Positions 13,681 through 27,212 of a stretch of 64,000 nucleotides of DNA are shown here, in pieces. The notes below the pieces were generated by a model. The model was not told the origin of the DNA and made no database searches. It was given only the letters and a program-made list of their open reading frames with translations. The position numbers were made by a program, and so were the translations under genes. The stretch covers positions 11,775,633 to 11,839,632 of the forward strand of contig JARFYF010000064.1 of NCBI GenBank assembly GCA_030265395.1. Reading direction: 5' to 3'. Numbering within the stretch: the stretch's first letter is position 1; each line of letters opens with the position of its first letter. Origin of the DNA: Rhina ancylostomus (Eukaryota).

Positions 13681-14424
13681 TCTGCTCTGCTGGGAGATAA
13701 GGTTGTTGGTGTTCAGCTGGGTCTTCCTCCTGGTAACCTTCCTCACTGACCTGCTCCTCTTCCTCCACAGGTTGTGCCTCATGTCTCTAAGGCTTCTGTT
13801 CTGCAGGCTACTCTTTTTCTGGCAATGTCTGGTGTCTTTGTTTGCCTAGGTTCTGTACACTAAAGGGTGCTCCTGGACAGATGCAGGAAGTGGTATCTCA
13901 TTTTTAGAAGACCAGTGACATTTTCAACAACAATTCTTATTTGTGTGTGACATTTGTTTTATTGGCACTTGGCTGCTATAATAAGATTGCCAATTGGTGC
14001 AAGCAGGTAGAAAAGTGAAGGATACCTTTATTGCCCAGATCATCCATGAAACTGTACTGGTTCTTGAAAAAAAAATTGGCAATAATGGCTGGTGCAAGAT
14101 GACTGAATCATGACTACTCTGAGGAAACCAGTTCTGGACACTTACGTTTTTCACTGCAATTGTAATAACGAAGTGGAAGTTATCAATTTACATAACATAA
14201 TTATGCCCTTCTAAGCCAGTGCGAATAAAAAATATTGAAGAGAAGAGGGCAAACTAAATAAGGATGGGGACCCAAATCAAGTTGTTTAGTCATATGTTAT
14301 ACACTCTGCCCATTGATTAGTTCCATGTCCTCCAGCATAATTAATTATTGGATGCATTGTACAGGGTTAGTAAATGCATTCATGTCCACTTTCGCCCTAA
14401 TTGTCAAGCAGAATCCATGTAGGA

Positions 14425-14582
14425 AACAGAACGAAAGTTTCAAATCAATAACCTTTCATCAAATTGTCAATCTGAAACGTGTCTCTGTTCCTCTCTCCAC
14501 AAATTTGGCCTCACCTGTTGAGTATTTCCAGCCTTTTCTGTTTTTGTATCAGATTTCCAGCATATGTGGTTTTTTGCTTTTC
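14425..14582. mobile_element. Penelope-derived hairpin mini-element, degraded
   Basis: acctttcatca...ctgaaacgtg...ctctccaca...ctgttgagtatttccagc...cagatttccagcat. Confidence 0.65.
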
Positions 14583-15635
14583 CATTTACACTTCCATCAT
14601 CTTCCTCAATAGTGCTTTAAATGACAAAACTCAAACCTTTGAAAAATAGCTCATTGGATGTGAATAGCACTTAAAGATCTGGAGCAGAGAGTTTTCAATT
14701 CCAAGGAGAATAAAACATATTTGAGCCCTTGTTCATAAAGAAGCAAACTGAACAGATTGTGGATTTTACAAATTGTTTGCTGCAAGCTTTGAGACAATTG
14801 TTGGTTTGAAGGACAGTATCTTCAGGGTTCTTGGACAGTTTCCAGGTACGGTCATAAAATAAATAAGAAGGGTGAAAAATTGTGAGATTGAAACCAATCA
14901 CACAGTGTTTGAAGTACAGAAGACACCAACAATCCCAGCAGAACTCTTCAGGACACATTTGTAAATTGTCATCAATTAGAAATGTTGAAACAAATGGCTC
15001 AGTTTCTCAACTGAGTGTTTTTCTTTTCTTGAAAACCTTAACCAACTTTATGTAATTTCGATGGTCAGTTGCTGAAGAAAATGTGGAATTTCTTAAAAAG
15101 GCATAAAAAATATGTGTGGGGATCCTGGCGTTGACACCAGTATTGTGATGACTGATGCCATAACACAGTCTGCACCCACCCTGCCCCACCACCTACCAAC
15201 CCCCACCCTTCAACCCCCACGAATACCAATCCAGTAGGATAGGACTGAAGCCACCGTATTAATGAAAATCCAGCCAAACACAATACTGCCAGGAACACTC
15301 GCCCATCATTTGGGTGGGGTGAGTGGAAGAGATGAACGAAAACCAGTTCTGATGAAGGCCTCAATATTGGAGGGAGCTGGTAGCAGAGGAGATCTCTTCA
15401 GAAATTTAGGATGTGCAGGTTGGCTCAGTCCTTCCTCCTTCACTCTATTAGATACTCATAATAGATATAATTTAAAATATCAACAAATATCTTTTATTTA
15501 TGAAACAGCTCACAGACCCAGAAGGGATTCTTGTAGCTGCTTTCTCTCCCAAGAGCTCCTTCTACAGTTTTATGTCCCAACACACAAGCAGTTAGTTGCA
15601 TGAAGCCCACATTAAAGGAGCAATTATTGCCCTTA

Positions 15636-15805
15636 GCAACAAACAATTTGCTGGAGGAATTCAAGCAGAAACTCAGCAGGTTGAGCAGTATCTGTTGGGG
15701 GAAAGGAATGAACGCTGGGTGTTTGAATCAAAACTCTGCATCAATCCTAATGAGTTCCTCCAGTAGATTGTTTGTTGCTCCAGATTCCAGTATCTGCAGT
15801 CTTTT
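15636..15805. mobile_element. Penelope-derived hairpin mini-element
   Basis: Inverted arms gcaacaaacaatttgctggaggaa and ttcctccagtagattgtttgttgc, plus the tail ccagattccagtatctgcagtc. Confidence 0.75.
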
Positions 15806-17165
15806 GATTATTGCCCTAGACTGATGTTACAAATGAAACATATGTTGCCAGGTTTCTCTGCAGATCTTAACTTTTAAGGTGTTATGCCTGATTGGCAGAT
15901 GGACCGGCTGTCAATGGGCACATCTGTAGCACAAGTCACAGCCAGGGAGCAGAGAGGAGACAGGGTAGGAAAGCTTGCAGCTGTGCACTCATGGGCATCT
16001 CATGACCAGGAGGAGAGGCCAGTCAGGCTTTGGGAAAGGCATGTATATGGGGCTGGTTCACAGATCAGCCATGATGGCAATTTCTTACTCCTGTTCTACT
16101 GACAATATGGATAATGCTCTTGTGTAGAAGCTATAGCACTTCTATTTTAGTGATTGTTTATTATCTGTCCATTGCTTTTATTTAATCACAATGATAAACT
16201 TTCAATCAATTTGGACCACAATGCAAAGACAAGTATCTGGATATGTATCATATAATGCTCTTACTAACGGAACGTGAACCAACAGGGTAGTACCTTTTGG
16301 CATTATTATCTATAACTTGTTGGAGGAATTTGTGCGTTTAACCTTCACCCTGAATCTGGCTTTCATGTGAGGAACAGTCACCCTCTTAATTATGGCTCAG
16401 ATCAGGACAGCACACAGAAAATCTCTCATACAGCAGTGGTGAATTTTTCGAACAAGTCGGTTTATCCAGGCCCTGTTACAATGTACACTAGGGAGCATTT
16501 CGAGTGAGAACTCCAATGACCCAAAAATCTTACAGTGATTTATAGTATTCGTGTTACAATAGTGACATGCGGATTTCACAATTTCGCCAATAACCCACTT
16601 ACTTTGAAGTAATTGATATTGGTTTTGCCTCTGCAAGGGTTGGCTCTAACTACCCGACAAATGAGACTTTGCTTCCTTTGCCAGACAGCAATTGTCTCCA
16701 TTCTCCCTGCAAATGGGTGCTCCAATTTATGGTCCAGACCTTCTATTGTGACTCTGCCCACCTAATGATTAATTGCCTGCAATTAGCCCTACATCATAAC
16801 CTCAATTCATTTACCTTTTCTCCAGTTAGTTATGTAATCTAAACACTCCCCTGATCTAATGACTGTTCTGCTTATCTAGCATGACCTTTAAACCACCTCT
16901 ACTATCAGCCTATTTTTTCCATGATCCCTTTCCAGTTTGTATGACACTTAAGTTGAACATATTATAAACTTCCCCAATTTTCTTATCATTCTGAAGATTC
17001 CTTCTTCACAACTCAGTTATATCTTTTCCTTTTTTAATGATGGGCTGGGTGCTAAAATTACTGATTGTTGCCTTTGTTTCACATTCTATGCACTAACAAG
17101 AACATTTGCCAAATAGGTTTAGGATGTGCCTGTGTTGATGGGGAATAGAGATGTCTCCGCATTAA

Positions 17166-17266
17166 ATGGGCGTCAACATCTCAGAGGACCTATCCTGGGC
17201 CCAACACATTGATACAATCACGAAGAAGGCATGCCAGTGGCTCTACTTCATTAGGAGTTTGAGGAG
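17166..17266 (+). mobile_element. Rex1/Babar LINE fragment, runs into gap
   Basis: Translation GVNISEDLSWAQHIDTITKKACQWLYFIRSLR (Rex1 RT C-terminal region). Confidence 0.85.
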
Positions 17267-17855
17267 NNNNNNNNNNNNNNNNNNNNNNNNNNNNNNNNNN
17301 NNNNNNNNNNNNNNNNNNNNNNNNNNNNNNNNNNNNNNNNNNNNNNNNNNNNNNNNNNNNNNNNNNCATAATCTCTTTTTCACAGAACAGCATTGAGAAT
17401 GAGGAACTTCTTCAGATGATCCATAATCACCTACTTATTAAGCGAGTTGAAATTTTTCCTGTTGGTGAAAAGGTCTGGGCTATTAATGGGAGCACTTATA
17501 GGTGCAAGACTGGCTGCCTGTGCTGATGGGAAGCCAGCGATGCTGGCAAATCCCGATGCTCATGATGCCAATTGCTCTTCAATAAACAAAATAAATTCTC
17601 TACAAATAGAGTCCCTAGAATACCTCTCTGATGCTACAATGAACAGTGATTGGGAGATCTACTGTGGTTGTTTGGAATGATTCTGCAGTGAGGATGTATC
17701 GTGTCAGCTTGACCACAATGAAGAAAGCAGTTCAGGCATGACAGCATGGCTGATAGTCTTCCTGAAAAATTATACATATCTCGCTTATGACCGCCCTCCA
17801 AATCATTGTTCATTAGAGAGGTTTAGGAAGGCAATTGAATCTCTGGAGACTCTGG

Positions 17856-18692
17856 TTTATCAATAATTTGGACGAGAATGTACAAGGCATGATTAGTAAG
17901 TTTGCAGATGACATAAAATAGGTGCTATCATTAACAGTGAAGATGATTGTTAGGATTAACAAGGGTTCTTGATCAGCTGGGTAAGTGGGCCAAGGAATGG
18001 CGAATGCAGTTTAATTTGGATAAGTGCGAAGTGTTGCATTTTGGCAAGACAAATGAGGGTTGGACTTTCACAGTAAGCAGTAGAGCCCTGGGTGGTGTTG
18101 TAGAACAGAGGGACCTAGGAGTACAAGTACATGGTTCCCTGAAAGTGGTGCTGCAGGTAGACAGGATGGTGATAAAACTTTGAGCACACTGGCCTTCAAC
18201 AGTCAGGGCATTGAGTACAGAAGTTGGGATGTTATTTTATGGTTGTACAAAATGTTAGTGAGGGCACATTTGGAATATTGTGTTCAGTTCTGGTTACCCT
18301 GCTATAGGAAAGATGCCATTAAGCTGGAAAGAGTGCAGACGAGATTTAAGAGGATCTTGCTGGGACTCAAGGGACTGAGTTATGGAGAGATGTTGAGCAG
18401 GTTGGGATATTTTTCATTAGAGCATCGGAGAATGAAGGGTGATCTTATAGAGGTGTATAAAATTATGAGGGACATAAATAAGGTCAACGTAAGGTAAGGG
18501 AAGGGAATCAAGAATCATGGTTTAAGATGAAAGGGGAGAGATTTAACCTGAGGGGCAACTATTTTACCCAGAGGATGGTCAGTATCTGGAATGAGCTGCC
18601 AGAGGAAGTCGCTGAGGCAGGTACATTAACACTTAAAAGGTACTTGAACAGGTACATGGATAGGAAAGGTTTAGAGGGATATGAGCCAAACA
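17856..18692 (+). mobile_element. CR1 LINE, 5'-truncated (RT YxDD region to near 3' end), frameshifted
   Basis: INNLD...ISKFADD, WAKEWRMQFNLDKCEVLHFG, LYKMLVRAHLEYCVQFW and NYFTQRMVSIWNELP. Confidence 0.95.
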
Positions 18693-19164
18693 TAAGTATC
18701 TCAGCAGAAAAATTCAGGAGAAAGTGTTCCATTTTAGTTGTCGCACTTTCTTTGAATATTAGAAGGTGTTTGCGAAGCCTTCAGTGAATTCTGAAACTGC
18801 CCAGTCAATTTTTCCAATGTCAGAAGAATGTCCCTTTACTAGCAAGAGAAGTAAGAAACAAGTACAATGTGCGCCTAGTTGTATTTAAAATATTTCTAGT
18901 CGTAGGTTGCACTTTTGAGCTCTAATAAATCAATAAGGCAAGAAATGGATGTTCCATTCTGGGCAGTGAACTGCAAATGTGCCAACTATCTCTGCTTGAG
19001 GTACTAATCCTGGCTCTCATGCAAAATTTTTCAGAGAAAATTAAGGGACATTTTCAGGCGGATTTTCGTCCTTTATCTTTATAACCATAAAACCCAAGAT
19101 GTGTGAATGACTACAGAAAACATCAATCTAATTTGATGAAAATTATATAGACCAGCTTCTCCTA

Positions 19165-19314
19165 ACAGATGATACCACCATTGTAGGCCGTATCTCAAAC
19201 AGCAATGAGGCAGAGTACAGGAAGGAGATAGAGAGCATAGTGGAATGGTGTCATGACAACAACCTTTCCCTCAATGTCAACAAAAGAGCTGGTCATTGAC
19301 TTCAGGAAAGGGGG
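19165..19314 (+). mobile_element. Rex1/Babar RT fragment
   Basis: ADDTTIVGRISNSNEAEYRKEIESIVEWCHDNNLSLNV...KELVIDFRK. Confidence 0.9.
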
Positions 19315-19376
19315 NNNNNNNNNNNNNNNNNNNNNNNNNNNNNNNNNNNNNNNNNNNNNNNNNNNNNNNNNNNNNN

Positions 19377-19419
19377 TTTTTTGCTCCAGATTCCATCATC
19401 TGCAGTCTCTTGTGTCTCC
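19377..19419 (+). mobile_element. Penelope-derived mini-element tail, next to gap
   Basis: ttttgctccagattccatcatctgcagtctcttgtgtctc, the same tail as at ~15780 and ~29895. Confidence 0.7.
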
Positions 19420-21364
19420 ACTATGTATGTTTTACCCACTGCCCACTGGAAAGTCTCTCCAAAAAAAGGGCTGAAAATGTTATTTGCTTTCCTCTGCAAT
19501 ATTTTATATTTTGCTGAAATTGACCAGACAAGATCTTAGTTGGCTTCACTGAGATGAAAATAACATGTGCCTATCTATGAAAGACAGCAACAATTATTTC
19601 ATTTTCTGATATTCTCTATCAAAACACTGATTTTTTTTCTTGACCTTTATTTCACACCATATAAGTTAAAGAAGTTATTTTTATTTTTATAGACAGACTT
19701 CTAAAGATCACTGGCTGGACAGTTGTAGGCTCAAAAAACTGTAAGGTGAATGCTTTACCCAGATATTACCAAATATGGGACTAGAGTGCCAGAACAGTAT
19801 TTGAAGCCTGACTGGCATATTCAAACAGCTTAATGTCTATTTTAAGTGGGTGCCTTGAGCATTTTAAAGTATCTGTATTCCAATTTGGTAGTTAGCACAT
19901 TTTTATGGGGAGATTGGGCATTTAAGATTAGGTGATCGTGCCCAGAATGTGGGTTTCCAAAACCGAACCCCTTACACAAATCTTTCATCAAAACACAGGC
20001 ATGACTAAGATCATAGAACCAAGTTTCAGACCAAATGATGATATGCCTAAAATGGATCAAGATTTTGAAAGTTTACTCAAATGTATTTTATAAGTATGGA
20101 GTTTTAGTCCCAGATATAAGCTATGCATATTACTATTTAAAATAGAATTTTGTTTAATTACCTTTAATTTGACAAACTAAAATACTGATACCATATAAAC
20201 ATGTTGTGGAAATTAGTTTGAATAAAAGGATACTAATTAGCCAGTTCAACATTCCACTATTTGTCAGATTTTTCTTCAGATTTTGTAAATTTACTCACTT
20301 CAAGAGGACATCAACATAATAGTTTATCAGAGGACAGTGCGAGGTTACTGTCGTACAATACTTCAGTGAATAGCTTACTGGTAAGCTGGAACTTAGTGTG
20401 ATCAATATATATTAGCTACAGTGATAGACTGGGATTACTGATGATAAGCTTAAATACATAAGCTTATATTTCCACATACTGGAAATACATGTTAGAAGAC
20501 ATTGGTTTTAAGTACATTAAGCAATGTTTCAAAGTTACTATTATGCACTCTTGGAAATACACTACTGTATCTACTCTAAATTAGAATGCCAAAAAATGCA
20601 CTTTAAAGATAAATGTGCATCATAATCATGTATAACTGGCAATCCATTGTGTATGTTGGAAATCATTTTTTAAAATATTGTGGTGTAAATAAGTGATAAT
20701 TGTTCATTCACGTCAGTTTTTGTAAATTACCTGAGATCCTCTTTGATTGAGATTAAGCCATATTGTTAAGCTAATGTAATAAGAACTTTGCTTTGGAAAC
20801 AGGACACTGCCAGCTAACTTTACAATAACTATTTCTAAAATGTTCTAAGTAATTTTTCATATCAATACACATCACAAACATAATATATTCCTTTGGCATT
20901 ATCCTCAGGAATAACCTGATCTATAAAGAGTTAATGATATATTTTTAATAGTTAGGCAAACCAGAGCAAAATACTGATGCTGTATCATTTGATAGGAAGA
21001 GGAAATGCTACGAATTTCCTGGGGCTAGTATCTGAGCCAAGTTTAAATGCCAACACTAAAAATAACAACTGGAATTAATGTGATAGCGGCTCCAGTTTAT
21101 TTTTACCGTGGAAACTGCGTGAATGAAACCTGATAGGCTTCAGGAAACTTCGCTTCTCTTTAATGCCTTATTTTGTTCAGGATCGCATGAATTTAGTTGG
21201 ATTATCATATGCACCACATGGAAGTATTGATTCACTGTCACATCTATTTTAGTTCACGAGTAATGCCAAAATATTGAGACTCCTGTTGATAATCCTATTT
21301 AGTCCATTTCATAACAAAGTTGCTGTTAAATATTGGCAGCCAGTATCAGGTCTTTGAAAATGTA

Positions 21365-21990
21365 TTTTAATTCATTCTGGTGATCAGTGTGTGGCTGGCA
21401 GGCCACCACTAACATGAGTAGGTATTAACTATCCTTTATCTTGAACTCTGCAATCCATATGATGAAGTTGCTCCCACAATTCAGTTAGGTAGGGAGTATA
21501 ATGACTAACTAATGATATAGGGAAAATATTACTTGTCCAAGTTGAAATGGTCTACATTTGGGAGAAGAACGTGGATCTGCTGATATTCCTATGCATGTTC
21601 AAACTTTTTTCTTCCAAGGTTTGGACAATGATCCTCTAGATGTTTCCCATTGCAGAGAACAGTAATGCAGGAAGTGGACATTAAGGCTGGAGGATGAAGT
21701 TCTGACCAAGCAAACTGTTTTGTCCTGAATAACATCAAGCTTCTTCCATATTACATATCTACACCAAACTAGGCAAGTAAATGTCATTGCATTCTTAACT
21801 TGATCTTTGCCAGTGGTGGATAGTTCAGTGATAGCCAAGAAGTGAGTTACTTGCCAATTGTCATAGCCACGAGGTAGAAAGCTGCAGTTGTTGGAAATAG
21901 TCATCTGATATTTGTGCAACTTCAATGGTATTTGGCTTTTATTAGCCTGTGCTTTGGTGTTAATGAGATATTGCCATAGGTGAGCATGGA
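21365..21990 (-). mobile_element. Older degraded copy of the 13310-13680 LINE family
   Basis: Collinear similarity (ttcattc...gctggcaggcca...cttgaac...ttaggtagggagt). ORF 21599-21925(-) contains KKLDVIQDKTVCLVRTSSSSLNVHFLH. Confidence 0.7.
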
Positions 21991-23234
21991 CTGCTACCTG
22001 AGGTGATACTGGATTAGATACTTCAAAAGATGTAATAAGAAGATATAAAAATTTGGTTCATCATGTGGGTGGTGATAAATCTAGATTCTCAGATCAGGTG
22101 CACGTCTAATCAGAAGTGGAATGGTACACAGAGAGGACCTAATTAACTTACAGTAACCCCATGTGTATTTCTGATGTCAGCCTCAGTTATTATAATTGTT
22201 ATGAGTTCAGACACCAGAAACAACAATAATTCCTTGTCTTTTGCTGTATGGAAATCATAAAATGGCTGAAGCAGCTTAAGGGGGCAGGCATAACTATCTA
22301 CAAAGCAGTTCCATTATCTTGAAATATGTCAGTGACTTGTATAATCCACCTGTTATTCTGAAGAAGGAAGAGAAAGCATGACGGCTTTCTTGGTAATGGA
22401 GTACACTGGGCACCTCAGGTAAGCTGCTGATCATAAAGAGTCAAACAACATTAATAGCATAAGCAATATATCACAGATGTGGAAGCTACATGGATAGAAA
22501 GTTAATGATCCTGGTAAGTCAGTCAAGACAAGAGACACACTGATACATTCAATTAATTCAGTGAACTAAGCACTTTAAAAATGTAGTTGCATTTAGAATG
22601 TACAGAATTCTACTGGAAGTGTATCTTTATTTGTTATTGCATGTATCCCAACATAGTTGGCTGAGCGATATAATTCATCTCCTATGGACTGCATACTGAC
22701 TTCTAGGTAACAGTAGAGCATCAAAACAATTGCAAGTCCTCACATTCTTTCTACTGATCCCATAACAAACATAATAAAAATAATCTACATGGGAAAAGTT
22801 CTTCAGATATTCAAATACTAACACTGAATGTGGATAAAATCCTGCAAATCCTATGGGAGAAAAGATTGGAGCTTTTGACTGGTCTCAGCATAGGTATGTG
22901 CGAACCATCTCCCAGTCTTTTTCTCATCCTATTCTGTCATTCAGTCACTGGGGGCAAATAGTAGACTTTATTATGCCACTCCTCTCATTCGCAGTGACAC
23001 GTTAAGATAAAGGCATTTAAAAATCTGTCTTTTCCTTTTTCTCTATTGTTCCAGAGAAAAAAATTAAGGCAGTTATGCCAGGTCTGTCAGTACTTTTTCC
23101 CCAAGCACCAATCCAGTTGAATGTAAAACAAATGCATTGAGACATGGGGCAAGAACAACTGGCAAGTGAATTTCTATATAGCCATTCTTCAGCTAATAAT
23201 TGCAGAAATCTGAATAGCAAAAACAAGTTCAAAG

Positions 23235-23330
23235 AAAAATGCTGCAGATGCTGGAGAGTTGAAGTAACATAGTAAATGCTTAGCAGGTCAGATAGCATCT
23301 GTGAATAGAGAAGTAGAGTTACCACTTCAT
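23235..23330 (-). mobile_element. Penelope-derived mini-element fragment
   Basis: ctgcagatgctgga...aatgcttagcaggtcagatagcatctgtg. Confidence 0.65.
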
Positions 23331-24509
23331 TTGAAAATATTGACAAGGTATTGAAGTGGAAGCAGAGCACAACAGCTCACCACAAACAAGATAAATACTT
23401 GCTAAATACCTCATACAGTTGATATCACAATTTGTAACTCCACTGTTCAGATCCCCTTTCTAGTCTTGATAATCCCTTCATCATTACCTCCAACTATATT
23501 CCTTGATGTATAATTTTATAGAATAGCTTTATTTCTGATGATTTAGAACTGGTTTATAAATTATACCCAGTTATTTTTACACACGTCACTATAAATCTTT
23601 AATTCGAAGGAACTGTATTCCAAATATTCAGTTGATAGCATTTTAACCGGAATTGTAAAACCTCAGTTAGGTTGTAATATTCCATGGTCTATCTATGCAT
23701 CTGTAGCATTGCTTCAATATGCTAAGCCCTCAATGATTAGTTGGGTAAAATCATAAACCATTTTACTTTGTAATGGCTCTTTGAGAGGCAAGTACTAGAT
23801 GAGGCTTGCTATTGAATGAAATGTTGAAAGTGGAACTTCTTCCAGATAAAACTTGTTATGTAAATTTTTAATGGAATTCTTTATATCAATGGATACAATG
23901 CACAACTACTATTGCCTTCTGGAATTCTGATATTTAGTTAAGTTGTACAGCCATTTTATTCTGCTGCTGATTATCAGTGGAGAGGAAGAGGAGTTATCGT
24001 ATTTCATCCAGTATGCAGTAAACTTACTAACATTGTTTTATCAGTGAATCTTTGAATAACCACAGGAGATAAGGCTTTTTGTGAATTTCACACAGTCAGC
24101 CAATGTTCTGCCAATAGAGAGGTTTAGCCACAGGTGACTTTGAAGCATAAGCCACAAATCGGCTACAGACTCTCTTGTGAATAACAGCCTGCAGAAGTAC
24201 TGTTCAACCTCAATGCTGTTTGCCTGAAGCACACTGATGTGTCAACACATCTGATTCACCTGTTCTCCCCATTCAAAATCAGTGGTATCAAGAGATTTCC
24301 ATGGGGAAAGCTAATGTCATTTGAATTTCCAAAATATCAATGGCTCTACATCTTCTAACCACTTTAAGAACTAAAATAAATACAGAAAAAATAATTGAAA
24401 AGGAAAAGAAATAATTTACCACTTTTGGCCTTAAAAATCTGGAAAGAAACAATTTTCTGAGACAAATAATAGATGCAAAAGTGTTGGTAGGTTGACAATA
24501 TGTGGGGAA

Positions 24510-24604
24510 ATAAACAAAATGCTGGAGGAACTCAGCAAGTCAGACAGCATCTATGGAGAGAAATGGACAGTCAATGCTTTGGGTCAAGGCTCTTCATCTG
24601 GACT
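24510..24604 (-). mobile_element. Penelope-derived mini-element with decayed hammerhead-like core
   Basis: aaaatgctggaggaactcagcaagtcagacagcatctatggagag...gggtcaaggctcttcatctggact, homologous to 62153-62252. Confidence 0.75.
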
Positions 24605-24819
24605 CAATATGTGGGACTATTTGTGGGACAAGACCATGGGCAGGGAGGTGCTCATCTGAATCCAGCAAATATCTAGCTTCAGCATCACATGTAACAAGGG
24701 ACCATCATAAACTCATAATGGCCAAGGTTGTCTACACCTGTGATAAACAGGTGTGATTTAGGGTTCACGTGTGTACAGCCTCTTCTGGGTTTTTAATAAA
24801 AAATTCTCTAACTTTTACC

Positions 24820-25136
24820 AGGATGACAATGGCTAACACAAGGGAGCATAATTTTAAATTGATTGGAGGAAGATATAAGGGGGATGTCAGGGGTAAGTTN
24901 NNNNNNNNNNNNNNNNNNNNNNNNNNNNNNNNNNNNNNNNNNNNNNNNNNNNNNNNNNNNNNNNNNNNNNNNNNNNNNNNNNNNNNNNNNNNNNNNNNNN
25001 NNNNNNNNNNNNNNNNNNNNNNNNNNAGGGCTATGTGGGAGGGAAGGGTTAAATCACTCTTAGAGCAGGATAAAATATCAGCACAACATTGTGGGCTGAA
25101 GGGCCTGTACTGTGCTCTAATGTTCTATGTTCTAAC
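24820..25136 (+). mobile_element. CR1 3' end spanning a gap
   Basis: MANTREHNFKLIGGRYKGDVRGK and tail gaagggcctgtactgtgctctaatgttctatgttcta; same subfamily as 1-309. Confidence 0.9.
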
Positions 25137-26577
25137 ATGCTTATGAGTGTAGGACTTAGAGGATAAAAACCACAATAACAGAAGTGATGAGATAAGACTT
25201 CTGAGATGTAAATGTTGCTTTAAGAGTGTCAAAATATTAGAGGTGTCCAGGAAGCCAAAGAAGAAATATAAAAAGACCTGGAGCCACTACTTCGGCTGCC
25301 CTGATCAAAACTCTTTTTGGTATTGATGTAAAGTGCATAATATAACGGAATCAGTATTGCGTGCTGGCCCATCTTTGATTAATTTGGCTCATGTGCGGAT
25401 AGCTTGCTGAATAGTATATCATCCCTTTTACCATCCAATCCTTCCATGTCTTTTATGTGAAAATTCTGAGCATTGTGTTGATTTGTTGCATTCTAAGTAC
25501 TTCCTGAGCACAAATAGAACCTGAGTAATCATAGTTCCAGTAACAGACACTTCAGATGTAAATGGAAGATGCCAAAATGAATCAAAGGCAAAGGGAATAA
25601 ATAATTTGTAATTATTTCCTTATCTTCCTCCTGCTGGTCCGAAGTGATCTGTACCACTTCTGGACTAAATGCTCCTGAGACCTTTGCTGCTCATGGCCAC
25701 TTTAAGCTTTTGCACCACATCTAACTAAACTTCAATAACTGTATCAACCCTGGAGAATTTTGTGCTCTCCCTCTGCTGGTTGTCTTCTGAAACTATACTG
25801 ACACCATAGTTCCAGTAGAAGAAATTTGGGCCCCAGATGTTATCCAATGGTTGGCAGGTTTTGCCGTGCACTCAGTCTGCAATTAATTAAGCTGAGCAGA
25901 ATTAAGCTGTTAAATATTATTAGTTTCTGATGTGAGCACCAACATTTATTGTAACCAAAATTAACCATTTATTGTGGTTAATGCTCACCACAAACCAGAT
26001 AAATACTTCAGATGAATATTAACAGAAACATCCTAAAATCACTTGATGATCAAGAATTTTATTAAAAGGCAAAAATGTTTCAAGTATTTTTGAATTAGCC
26101 TGCAAAGTGATTCCTCTATGTTCACATCTTAAATGCATTTGGCAATAATCCTATTAAACAAACTACACCAGAACAAAATGTTCATGGAATCATAACCATG
26201 AAGATGCTTCTCACGCTTTGAGTATGTCCACCAATGCATAGAACACATTTAGTCTGTGATCACAAGCAAAATATACAAAAAAAGGTTAAAAATTCAGTTA
26301 TGCAGCACCTCCTCTTTCAGTGCTACAGCTCTGAAAGTCATTATCCGCAGAGAACAATGCATATAAGCAGTTTTACAGGTCAAAATTAGATCACGTTCAT
26401 CTGAAGTAAGTCCAGCATTGATCACTCACAACTTAACCAAGTTTTCGTAGCTTTGTTTGAGAGATATGCAAGTTACAGGAGACCTCTCTGAGTGAGTACA
26501 AGACTATCCCTACAAACCCATCCATTATAATATTTTAAATGTTCTACTTCAAACCCCTCACATTCTCCCCACACAGG

Positions 26578-27212
26578 ATAGAATCAGAATCAGGTTTATT
26601 ATCACTGACATATGTCATGAAATTTGTTGTTTTGCTGCAGCAGTACAGTGAAAGACATAAAAAATTACTATAAATTACAAAACTAAATAAATAGTGCAGA
26701 AGGGGAAGAGCAAGGTAGTGTTCGTGGCTTCATGGACTGTCAAATATCTCATGGTGGAGGGGAAGAAGCTATTCCTAAAATGAGTGTGGGTCTTTAGGCT
26801 CCTACACCTCCTCCCTGATGTAGTAATGCAAAAAGGGCATGCCCCAGTAGTGAGGGTCCTTAATGATCCTCTTTTGATCCTGTGCATTGGAGCATCCATA
26901 CCAGGCAGTGATGCAACCACTCAGAATGCTCTCCACCGTACATCTGTAGAAATTTGCAACAGTGACATACCAAATCTCTCAAACTCCTAATAAAGTAGAA
27001 CTGCTGGTGTGTCTTCTTCATGATTGCATCAATGGGTTCCACCCAAGATAGATTCTCCATGATGTTGATGCTCAGGAACTTGAAGCTGTCCACCCTTTCC
27101 ACTGCTGACCCCTCCATGAGGACTGGTGTGTGTTCTCCTGGCTTTCTCTACCTGAAATCCACAATCAACACCTTGATCTTGCTGCTATTGAGTGCAGGGT
27201 TGTTGTTGTAAC
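26578..27212 (-). mobile_element. Rex1/Babar LINE 3' portion
   Basis: VERVDSFKFLSINIMENLSW...KKTHQQFYFIRSLR and SGRRCRSLKTHTHFRNSFFPST. The tail is ataataaacctgattctgattct. Confidence 0.92.

Noticed and set aside
17947-18787. ORFs as host genes (also 48001-49752 and 61110-61651)
   Set aside because: They are frameshifted CR1 or Rex1 reverse-transcriptase fragments.
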